A stretch of DNA of 64,000 nt from Heteronotia binoei. Lineage: Eukaryota. A model generated the notes under the pieces. It saw nothing but the letters and a program-made list of their open reading frames with translations, was not told the DNA's origin and did no database searches. Below are positions 49,402-60,130 of the stretch, piece by piece (the first letter of the stretch is position 1; each line of letters begins with the position of its first letter). Where the stretch lies: the NCBI RefSeq assembly GCF_032191835.1, contig NC_083240.1:46066001-46130000 (forward strand), given 5' to 3'. The position numbers and the translations under genes are program-made.

Positions 49402-50710
49402 AGAAGCCAACCTTACAACTTGTTGGGCCTGTGTGCACCCTCCCTCTTCAGGAGGGAAGGGATGGCCCATGATGGTTACTGCAGTACTTTCTCTTTATGG
49501 ATGGAATATGACATGGCTGCATGCTGCAATTAACGGTTCCAGAATTCCGAAGAATCAAGGAACCATCCCCAAGGATAAAGACCAGATCTTATTAACTAGA
49601 CAGGACTTATGGCCTGAGGCACAAGTGTGTTTCCAATGGCATAATCAATCAGAATATCATGTCATTAGTGATGGTTCTCCCTCTGGGCTTAGAGTGAGAA
49701 GGGCTTTAGTAGGTGACTATCCGAAGTGCAACTTAACAATTAAAGTGGGACCCGGGATAGAAAAAGGAGCCAATGGAAATAACTGGAGCACCCCTTTTTC
49801 CATTTATACAGACGGGTCGAACCAAACCCCAGTTATACAATTATACTCACAGAAGGGGCCTCAGTTGTTCTTTGGGATACAAGAACGAATTTATATGAAT
49901 CACGGGGAATACTTATATGGATTACCATCAGGAGTTTTGTGGATTTGTGGAACATGGGCAGGAAAAATATTACCTAGAGTATGGAATGGAACGTGTACGG
50001 TGGGAACAGTTGCCCCAGGGGATATTGCCTTTCATATTAAACACCAAAGCCTAGAAATGTGGGATTCACACATGAAGTGGCAGAGGGTGAGAAGAGAGTA
50101 TGATGAAAGCAAGGGGTATGATCTAGACAATACGTATCTGTCCGAAGGGGAGAGGTATGTCGCCATCACGTTTTGGGGTGTAGGGATAGCATGGAATGTG
50201 AATACAATAAGGAGGTTAAGCTATACAGTAGAAAAACTGGCAAACACAACTGCAAAAACTGTACAAACCTTGCAAACAGAAATTGAATCCTTAGGGGCAG
50301 AATTGTATCAGCACCGCTTGGCTTTGGACTATTTGCTTAGTGCTCAAGGAGGCTTATGTATTTGGCTAAATATAACCTGCTGCCATTGGATAAATGAATC
50401 AGGTAAGATAGAAACAGATGTGAAAGTCTTACAAGGTATAGGGATACAGGTACGACAAATGTATTCAGAGAGTACATGGAATCTTTGGGATTGACTTACA
50501 AGCTGGTTACCTAACTTCAGTTGGTTAAAGGGTTTGTTCACTGTTGTTTTAATTATTTTATGAATGGGGGTTTTGGTTTGCTGTTGTATGCAATGCTTAC
50601 CAATATGTATTAGCTTTATTAAGGACTTGAAGCCAAAAACACAAGTAGTTATGGTTTTACAGCAAACACCACAAGTAGAATATGAGAGCATCATTATAAG
50701 TTCGAACTAG
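49280..50710 (+). pseudogene. env: ERV env; 404-aa open ectodomain, TGA at 50492 and 50561
   Basis: Signal peptide, CWAC (CxxC), furin site RVRR, ISU HRLALDYLLSAQGGLC, CX6CC; hydrophobic anchor lies beyond the first stop. Confidence 0.93.
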
Positions 50711-50743
50711 AGAAACAAGGTTAGAAATAAAAAGAGGAGGGAC

Positions 50744-51122
50744 TGAAAGGGGGAGCACTGTTGTTTAACTCTAGTTCTGAAAACAGGTTGTTAGGGTAAC
50801 TAAGTAAGAAAATGTTAACTGTAACAATAGTTGGAAAGAGAGAAAAGGGGCGGGAGATTAGGAGTGTTATACTTTAAACTTGCGCACGTTGGTGCTAGGC
50901 AGATTGTGAGGGAACCCACCAATTGGTGGGCTCCACGAGGGCTTGGCTAAGGTATATAAGATCTGTGCTGCGACACAGAGGGTGGAGTCGACAGGTGGAA
51001 TTCTTCTATCCGGGCTCCCCGTGCCTTGCAAACCACGTTTTGATTAAACAATTCTTGTTGGACCCTCCCGTGTATGAGTCATTGTTTGACATACAACATC
51101 TGGATAGGCTCTACACATGACA
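50744..51122 (+). repeat. ERV 3' LTR (379 bp)
   Basis: Preceded by PPT AAAAGAGGAGGGA; ends ATGACA, followed by TSD GAAA. Confidence 0.93.
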
Positions 51123-52186
51123 GAAAGGCACTGCACTTTTCACATATGAAGAGGTGCCCTCAATGACTCATTTAAGAGCCTTAGGTGTTACACTGGAACC
51201 AGCATTATCTGCCTGGTCACCTCTCTTTAGACCATGTGTGTGTCTCTTTCTAGGCCCACAAAGTCTCCAGCATGTTTCCTTGTATCTTAAGCACATCTGT
51301 CCCTCTAAAGCATGTCTGCCCTCTTCTTCAAGGGAGAGCTTCTTCAAGTCATAATCTCCCAAAACGCTTTCACTGTAAATTCACCAGGGAGAAAAGGCCT
51401 GGCCAATCTAGTAACTGTGAGGCTGAAAGGTCAGTGCCAATTCTAGGAATGTATTCACTGCCGTACACATGTCTATTCACCAAACTCTGCAGCTTAGAAT
51501 TTGGAACTGAGGGTGAGAGTGGCTTTTTCTTCTGACCAAACCACCTGTAAGAGCAGTATGAGCTTAATCCGTTTTGCACACATATTCATATTTTTCTGCA
51601 TACAGAATCATTCCCACAAGCATACAAAATCATCTATACATCATTTGTGGGTGGCACATATCAGCGCAAGACCATGATGTTCAGCTATCAGCAGAAAAAA
51701 GTCAGGGGCCTGTGAGAAAGTTGGAAATAAATAAGTTGGAATGTCCCCCATATTCACACAACCCCCAATACTCTCCTCTTTGGTATTTGATAAATTCTTG
51801 GGGGCTTGAGCAAATTAATTCCTCCCCCAATGATGATGCGGTTCTCATTGGATCGTTTTTTAAAAATATATTTTGTTCTGAGTTGAGCCACATTGTTCAG
51901 TGTACCTAGTGAGTTCCCCAGGTACACAGAACCCCCAATTTTGCTGCTCTCATGATTGGCACAGGCTATCTTTATTGTTAGAGTTTTTTTTTTTTAAAAA
52001 AAGCCTTGCTATTGTGTGAATGTAAGTGCACAGAAAAGAAATCAGGTTGTTTACCAGGAACAATTGTAAGATGCCAGTAAGCTTGGGTTTCTTACTGAAG
52101 TCTATACTTAACAATGATGTGCTCTCATCTCTGTGATAAGTGTAGGGTTACAAAACATGTATCCCAACAGACGTTTTCACATTATG

Positions 52187-52930
52187 TGTGTGTGTGTTGA
52201 GCTGTCAAATCACTTCCGACTTATACCACCACTATGAATTGATGACCTGCATAATATCCCATCATTAACAGCCTTGCTCAGGTCTTGTAAACTGAGGGCC
52301 CTCGCAGCTTCCTTTATTGAATCAACCCATCTCATGTTGGCTTTTCCAGGGGCTTTTGTCTTCTCATAATGTGACCAGTTTAGTCATTTTAACTTCTATG
52401 GGGATTTTATGCTTGATTTGATTTAGAATTCACTTTTTTTGGAAGTCTGTGGTATCCATAAAACTTTCTTCCTGTCAGCTTTCTTCTCTGTCCAAGTTTC
52501 ACATATGTACATAGTAACAGGGTGGTATGGATTATCTTGACAGCCAGCTGCACATCTTTACACTTAGGAATCCTTCATGGCTGCTTTTCCCAGTCTCAAT
52601 ATCCTTCTCATTTCTTGGTTGCAGTATCCCTTTTAGTTGATGAAGGATGTGAGGAATAGAAAATCTTAAACAATTTCTTGTCAACCTTAAAGCTGTGTAA
52701 TCCCCCAGTAATTACTTTTGTCTTGATGTTCAGCTATAGTCCTGCTTTGGCACTTTCTTCAACTATCACCCATAGTTATTTCAAGTCTTCATTGTTGCCT
52801 GCCAGTAACGCAGCATACTCTGAATATCTCAGGTTGTTAATGTCCCTTCCACCAGTTTTCACTCCTGACACCTTTGCTGATTGGAAACCATTCTGTTTCT
52901 TCACATTCTGTCTGAACAAAAGCCTCTTGT
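52187..52930 (-). mobile_element. RTE/Bov-B-like LINE fragment
   Basis: (CA)n tail; minus-strand RT remnant GVKTGGRDINNLRY...LNIKTKVI. Confidence 0.75.
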
Positions 52931-53549
52931 CCAGCGTAGGGGTTGCACATCAAAACAATCAGATGCTATAGCACACCCATTTTTAAAACCAACCACAGCT
53001 TTTTATGATCAGCAGTCAAAAGTTTTGCTATAATCTATGAAACACACAGATTTTCTATGGATGTTCTCTGGTACACTCCAGCATAAGAACATAAGAGAAG
53101 CCATGTTGGATCAGGCCAATGGCCCATCCAGTCCAACACTCTGCGTCACACCGTGGCCAATATATGTGTGTGTATAGATATATATGAACATATGAAGCTG
53201 CCTTATAATGAATCAGACCCTTGGTCCATCAAAGTCAGTATTGTCTACTCAGACTGGCAGCGGCTCTCCAGCATCTCAAGCGAAGGTTTTTCTCCATATT
53301 TTTATCCAATCCCCTCTTAAAGCTGGCTATGCTTGTAGCCGCCACCACTCCTGTGGCAGTGAATTTCATGTGTTAATCACTCTTTGGGCAACCAAAGTAA
53401 ACTTGCAATATAATGTCTAGCGATTCTTTTCTTACTCCAGCTTGAATGTACAGCATTTCTCATTCACATGTATAATTACATTTCCGCTGTAAAACCTACA
53501 ACGTTTACATTTAGCCCGCAGCCTGGAAAGTGCGGCACTGCTTGGAATT

Positions 53550-54218
53550 TATTTCCACTAAATGGCACCCGATGAGGGTGAGGCGTTGTCGCCTCCACTC
53601 GCCCCTTTAGCCCATTGGCCGGAATGCATTGTGGGAATCTTCCTCTCCTTGGCGCCACGGCGTTCTGCGCGCGATGCATTGTGGGACTCCGGGCTCCTCC
53701 TACCGTGGCCGGATCTCCTTTGCGTGGCGTTTCAACGGTCCCCCATTGCTCACAGCGTATTGGAAGCTTCGCGGGTGAGAAACGCTAACTTTGTAACCGG
53801 ACCCACGAGGCCTCCTCCGCTTCTTTTCCCTACCTTTCGTGCGGTGAGCGCCTCAACGCGGAAAACCAGACTTTGGTAGACTATTTTTTTTTTTAAAGCG
53901 TGCTTCCGAAAGGGCGCATGCGCAATTTAAACACGAAACGACCACGTAACACTCACAGCCGCCGAGCCGCTTCACCGCAACTGAGGAGCGCGGGAGGATC
54001 CTTGCGCGAGACAGGTAAGCCCGCGCGAGACGGGCGCCATTTTGTGGCGGTTGTTAGGAGGGAGAGACAGAGGAGGAGCCGCCTGTCCCGCGCCTCGACT
54101 TTGCTTCTCGTCCTCGCCCGCCCCGAGTCGCCTCCTCGCGCGGGTCCTTCCTCCGGCTCTCCGCCCTCTTCCTCGCGCAGCGGCCGCCCCACCAACCGCA
54201 GCCATTGCAGACCTCGCC
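53550..54218 (+). promoter_or_regulatory. SRSF1 CpG-island promoter / 5'UTR
   Basis: CpG-rich; TGCATTGTGGGA x2 (ZNF143/Staf-like) at 53625 and 53675; GCGCATGCGC (NRF1-like) 53914; CGCCATTTT (YY1-like) ~54036. Confidence 0.8.
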
Positions 54219-54412
54219 ATGTCTGGAGGCGGCGTGATCCGCGGCCCGGCCGGGAACAACGACTGCCGCATCTACGTGGGGAACCTGCCGCCGGACATCC
54301 GCACCAAGGACATCGAGGACGTCTTCTACAAGTACGGCGCCATCCGGGACATCGACCTCAAGAACCGGCGCGGGGGGCCGCCCTTCGCCTTCGTCGAGTT
54401 CGAGGACCCCAG
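54219..54412 (+). CDS. SRSF1: Serine/arginine-rich splicing factor 1, coding exon 1 (RRM1)
   Basis: [40 protein letters not shown]...FAFVEFEDP; donor GT 54413; 194 nt. Confidence 0.98.
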
Positions 54413-54559
54413 GTGAGGCGCCCCTGAGATCCGCCTGCAGGGGCGGGCAGCGCTGCCGCAGCCAGAGAGCCCCACCGAGTTCCCTGCCTCATCGCGACGG
54501 AGGCGAGCACGTGGACACCCCCCCCCCCCCGCTGATAGAGCCCGGGCAGCCCTCTTGGT

Positions 54560-55030
54560 CGGGAGCCACAGAACACCGCAGGAGCACCTTGAAGGCCAAC
54601 GGAGCTTCTTGCAGAATGTCAGGCTTCGCGTGCATGCCCGCTTCTTCAGATGCTTGGATGGGTTGCAGTCACGTCCAAGCGCGCATTTCCTTTCTTGCAA
54701 AACGCAAACGCTTGGACATTGCTTGTACTTGCTCAATAGGCGTGCACACAAAGACTTGCATTCTGAATAAAACTTGGTTGGTCCTACTGGACTCCTGCTT
54801 TGTTCTACTGCTTCAGACCGACACGGCTGCCCGCCTGGATCTATCCCGGATGGAGAGACCGCCGCCCCTGGGCCTGTGGGAAATGCTCTCTTGATAGGTA
54901 ACTGGATAGAGGGATCCAGGCGGGCAGCCGTGTTGGTCTGAAGCAATAGAGCAAAGTAGGAGTCCACTAACATCTTTAAGACCAACAAAGTTTTATTTCG
55001 AATGTCAGCTTTCATATCCGTACACACACA
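54560..55030. mobile_element. Penelope-derived inverted pseudo-LTR pair in SRSF1 intron 1
   Basis: ~54762-54846 is the reverse complement of ~54903-55010; same sequence family as 33735 and 36825. Confidence 0.7.
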
Positions 55031-56684
55031 CACTCCCCATTGCTATTTGTGTTTTCTTCTCCTTCCCCTGCAACTGGTGGGCAAGGTAAAATGGGAAACG
55101 CAGACCACTGACATCTTTGTGAATCTATTTCTTCTCCCTTTTAAAGCTGCCTGAAGCCACCAGCTGATGATGTATTTTCTGGAGCTGCTCATTCCACAAA
55201 CTGCACGAAGGATTCCTTTTCCTTTGTCTGCTCTGGGATCAATCACCCACTAGCTTGTCTGCAAGCCTGTATGAACTTGACTCAAGGGAGCTAGTGTGGT
55301 CTAGTAGCTAATGTTGCAGTCCTGCATATACCCTTATTTGGGAGCAAGTACCACTGCAGCATGACCGACTTGCAAATAAATATGCCATGGGTTGGGGTTG
55401 CATGAGATTGTCCAAAATAATACTTAGCTCAGTGCAAAAACAAGATATGGACTAAAGCATGATTCAAAGGTTAATCTTTTTGTCTCTGTGGCGCTAAAGT
55501 TTACCCTGGTTTCAGGTAAGCACTGGGTCCAGAAGCAGCTTTGTGGTTAAGGTATAGGTAGGAATAAACTAAAAGTTGATTGAAAAGGCATTTCTTAGTA
55601 AGGACTCACTCTAGACAATGGCCTATAGCTGCCATAAAGAACCCAGTGTGAGGGATGAGATAAGTATTGTTAAATAAGCTCTCCTGAGTTCAAAAGTGAA
55701 ATGGACTCTTGTTAAATCAGCATGTGCACTGAAGATAAAAGCTCTGTCTTCCTGCTCTGCTGTTCTTTCCCCTTAGGATGACCCAATAAGCTCGTTCAAA
55801 TGTTTTTGTACAGAGGATTTTTGCTGCTTCTCTTCCTCTCATTGCCATGTAAATGGCTGTACACTGTGGTGGGGGAAAGCGTGCTGTACTCTTTGTTTTG
55901 GTTAAATCCACTTGGTCACGTTGAAAAATTGTAAAAATAGTATTGTAACAGCCATGTGAACAACTAGCATGTGAAGTAAGGACACAAATTACCTGATTAA
56001 TGAATATGTTATTGTCTTGGGTTCTATTGTCTCCTCTCAGCTTGTGCTGCACTGGAGTTAAAGCATTGTCTTGTTACATAAACTGAAGTAACTATCTTTG
56101 TGGAGTTGGCGTGGGGTTCTCTCATGTATGAGTCCGGTATTACGCATTTTTAAAAGTCATACAATTTTTCAAGCTTCTTAAAAAATCATATATAGCCTTT
56201 CTGAACCAGCTTTGCATACATTGCTCTGTTTCTGATTAAGTTACTTTTCCCCCACCACATATCTCCCCCTTTAGCTAAATTGGGTGAGAGTCTGTGGTGA
56301 GGACGTGCATTGCTTACTGCCCAAGCTTGTGGATCCAGTACTTCCACCAGCAATCCTTATTAGGCTTGTGATAGGATTGATCCATGGGGCTGATGGAATA
56401 TTGATCCGTGGGTTGATGTCCTGATAGGGAAGGGCAAGCAAGAGAATTGTTCTGGCTTGGTTTCCCCCTATTACAACGTTTGTTCAAAACCTTTCCGTAA
56501 GGTTCATAAACTTCATGTTCTCGTTAGACTTGCTCCTGTAGGCTTCAGTTACAGGAAGAGCTGCAGAATGCTGCCTGGAAACAAAGGCCAAATAATTTCA
56601 CATGGAGAAAGTGCTGCAATAACAGCCAGATATTAGCAAACCTATAATTTGTCATCAGTGTGGTTCTTTGTGTCATTTTTGTAG

Positions 56685-56869
56685 GGATGCAGAGGATGCA
56701 GTGTATGGACGGGATGGATATGATTATGATGGGTACCGTCTGCGAGTGGAGTTCCCTCGAAGTGGCCGGGGCACTGGCAGAGGAGGCGGTGGAGGAGGAG
56801 GTGGTGGAGCCCCAAGAGGCCGATATGGACCCCCATCTAGACGCTCAGAGTACAGAGTGGTAGTATCAG
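56685..56869 (+). CDS. SRSF1: SRSF1 coding exon 2 (Gly-rich hinge)
   Basis: [61 protein letters not shown]; AG/GT ends; 185 nt. Confidence 0.98.
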
Positions 56870-57635
56870 GTAAGTTACCTATACAATTGAAAGAAAATGA
56901 CATTGGTTGAGGCCTGCTTTGACATCAGGTTTTAGATGAGGTAGTGAGGATGTAGAACTACTGGGTTACTTTTTATGTGCATTTTAATGAGTGTATTCAG
57001 GTTGCACATTAGTTTTGAGCAACTGTATTTTGTAAGTAGCGCAGCTTGTCACCAGTGTTCCCTCTAAGCTGAGTTAGTATGAGCTAGCTCAGTTTTTTAA
57101 GCCTCTGGTTCACACATTTTTGTCTTAGCTCAAGGAAAATGGCCCCAGAGCAAGCTAATTTATGCAGTAACTCACAAAGTTGATTTTTTTGCTCACAAGA
57201 CTCCACAGCTTAGATGGAGTTTTGCTTGCCACCCCGCATATCCTAGCTTTCAGTTTTTACAAACTGATGTTTTGTTCTGCTGGAACAACTTACAAGCATG
57301 TTGATGGTAGCTGGATGATTCAATGCCCAGTGGAGCTCTCTGTCTTTGAGTTTTCTGTCTTCTGCTATCAACATTCTTCATATTTGGTCCTTGCCAAAGC
57401 AATCTTAAATGTTGTAAACATAATTGAAGTAAATATATTACAGATTCTCATTTGCATACATTGTTGCAAGAGAATACCTTGAAATTAGTGCAGAACTTGA
57501 TTTCCACACCAAGCTTTTGCAGTCCTGCTCTTATTCTTTATATGTACTGTGAGGATTAAATGAGACTGTGAAAGGTGCCCATCTCACCTTACTAGAATTC
57601 CACTAGAAATAACTTGCAACCTGTCTCTTGTTCAG

Positions 57636-57808
57636 GACTGCCTCCCAGTGGAAGCTGGCAGGATTTAAAGGATCACATGCGTGAAGCAGGTGATGTATGT
57701 TATGCTGATGTTTTCCGAGATGGAACTGGTGTCGTGGAGTTTGTACGGAAAGAAGACATGACCTACGCAGTGCGAAAACTGGATAACACTAAGTTTAGAT
57801 CTCATGAG
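57636..57808 (+). CDS. SRSF1: SRSF1 coding exon 3 (pseudo-RRM2)
   Basis: [26 protein letters not shown]...[10 protein letters not shown]; 173 nt. Confidence 0.98.
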
Positions 57809-58063
57809 GTAGGTTTTCTGCTTACGTTTTGACCAGAATTGGATGCGCAGGGCTTAAACAGTAGGATTGAAGGTAAGGAGGTGCAGTCTCTTTGTTTGCA
57901 GCTCTGACAAATGCAGAAAGCTAGTTGGGTAATATCCCATGTTAAGATTTTATGCCAGGAGATGAAGTATGTTTTCTCTTGGTTCTTGTAAAAATGTCAG
58001 CATGCCTGCAAAGATGGCTTAAAAACGTAGACCTTTCAATCGAAAGTTGTGTCTGTTTGCTAG

Positions 58064-58258
58064 GGAGAAACTGCCTACATCCGTGTTAAAGTTGATGGTC
58101 CAAGAAGTCCAAGTTATGGAAGATCTCGTTCTCGCAGCCGTAGTCGTAGCAGAAGCCGTAGCCGAAGCAACAGTAGGAGTCGCAGTTACTCCCCAAGAAG
58201 AAGCAGAGGATCTCCACGCTACTCTCCCCGCCACAGCAGATCACGTTCTCGTACATAA
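58064..58258 (+). CDS. SRSF1: SRSF1 coding exon 4 (RS domain)
   Basis: [25 protein letters not shown]...SRSRSRT*; 195 nt; total CDS 747 nt = 248 aa. Confidence 0.98.
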   Translation, partial: GETAYIRVKVDGPRSPSYGRSRSRSRSRSRSRSRSNSRSRSYSPRRSRGSPRYSPRHSRSRSRT

Positions 58259-60130
58259 ATGATCCTTAATGGTGCTCTTTTTGTAGAAACACCCCCCCCC
58301 CATGTTGTATGCAGTTTTCCTTTACTCAGTGCAGTTTTTTTTTAATTCAAGCTGTTTTGCTCAAATTGGCTAAAGTGTTGAATTGCATTCTTGTATAATA
58401 TCCCTAGTGAGTATTTGCTCCTTAACATCAACATTCCCTCACATCTTTGATAAACTGTATTTTAACTGGTGTCATAGACAAGGATTTTCTCCATTTAGTT
58501 CTAGTTTGCCACCCACACTCTTCCAACTGTGGTATTGCTGTGTAAAATGTCTGTGTTCAGCTATGGTTTCTACAGGCTGGGGATGTTGGGGGTTGTTTGG
58601 GTTTGACTTGTCTCTTCTGGGGGAGCTTACATTTTATCTTGCCTTTTCGTGTGTCTTTCTGTAGACATATCTGAAGAGATGGATTAAGAATGCTTTGGAT
58701 TAAAGGATNNNNNNNNNNNNNNNNNNNNNNNNNNNNNNNNNNNNNNNNNNNNNNNNNNNNNNNNNNNNNNNNNNNNNNNNNNNNNNNNNNNNNNNNNNNN
58801 NNNNNNNNNNNNNNNNNNNNNNNNNNNNNNNNNNNNNNNNAGAGCTTGAATTTTCATGCTTATTACCTTGTCCCACCATGTTTTGGCTAGGATTCTAGGT
58901 TATGATTGCTTTAGTCATCTAACTATCATGACAGCATTTGTGTCTAGTTGTGCCATTATGGCTCTTCCAGGCCCAAGGGGTGGGGGAATATTGACTGGCT
59001 TCAATTGCCAGTTGATTACAAGTGCTATCCATTGGAAAATGTTTAAGTGCAGGTTTCTTCAATCCTGTGGGTATAATCTCAATACTGCTAAAATCTGCAT
59101 GTCCTCTGTGTGACTGATATAGCATTGCTGTTTCACCTTCTTAAAAGTAACTGAATGAAAGTTGGGAGGTGGAAGAAACACCCCGTGGTGGGAATTCCTT
59201 TGCAGTCTGCCCCCTTTCCCTTCATGATAAGTCAAGAGTTGACTCACTGGCACGTTTAACACTTCAGTTAACTTTTATTAACCTTCCAGACTGGAGGACA
59301 GTAATGAGCTTTTAGTTTTAGACGTGCAGTAGGCGGATAGCTTTAGCAACAAGTTTTTGCAACTTTAAACTTTTTGCAACCACAAAACCTGTAATGCACC
59401 ATATAGTAACAAATATGTTGGCATTATCAGTTGTCCTGTGTAAATGTTTCCTCCAAATGATAAACATTGCTAAAAATAAGCTTCACAATTCAAAAGCTTG
59501 TCTTGGGGAATTGATAGTTATCGATGCCTGTCTTGATTATTCCGAGGCAGACATAACTGATCATTCCCCAGAATCCTCTTTTTCATTATAGTATCTAACT
59601 TTTTGCCTCCTCTTTTTTGGTTTTGCTGGTTATAAAGGTTTGGATTGGAGAGGGCTCACTGGATCCCAATCCTTGGAGCTGGATCATTGGATTCAAATCA
59701 TATTGTGGATAGGATAGGGAGGATCAATTGCAAGGATTCATGGAGCGGGATCAAATTACCAGGAACATAGGAGTGGATTCCTGCCCCAACCAAACCGCAC
59801 TCGTGTGGATTTTTGTTCAACTCAATTGGCTATTCCAAAGAATTTTTTTTCTCCTATTTTTGACGATTGGAGCCCTTAAGATGCACGATGGAGTTTTCAT
59901 TTTTTGGTAAAAGGAGCAAAGCGAGGACCTGGAGAGGTACGCTGGAGCATTCTCCTTGGAAGGATTCAGCACGAGTAGATGGTAAATGTTGAAGGGGAAA
60001 AGGGGGGGTTTTGTTTTAAAACATAAGTCGTTTCTCTAAATTTAAAGACAAAAAGAAATTGGAGTCTAAGATTAAGTAGGCTTTCAATTGGCTATTGCCT
60101 CTTTCTTTTGACTAATAAAATTTTATAAAA
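58259..60130 (+). promoter_or_regulatory. SRSF1 long 3'UTR with cryptic splice acceptors and polyA signal
   Basis: Acceptors at 58664 and 59637 (branch CTAAC 59595); GGA-rich block 59638-59990; AATAAA 60114-60119. Confidence 0.8.
58709..58840. other. Assembly gap (132 N)
   Basis: Run of N. Confidence 1.

Larger units (their letters stand above)
42473..51122 (+). mobile_element. Full-length class I (gamma/epsilon-like) endogenous retrovirus
   Basis: Paired LTRs, 4-bp TSD GAAA, PBS, PPT, gag-TAG-pro-pol-env. Confidence 0.97.

Noticed and set aside
49186-50563. APOBEC-type hypermutation (three TGA stops at likely Trp codons)
   Set aside because: Only three sites in mixed contexts and no consensus to compare; ordinary transitions suffice.
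58047-58262. 71-aa alternative-frame ORFs over SRSF1 exon 4
   Set aside because: Shadow frames of the repetitive RS-domain codons.
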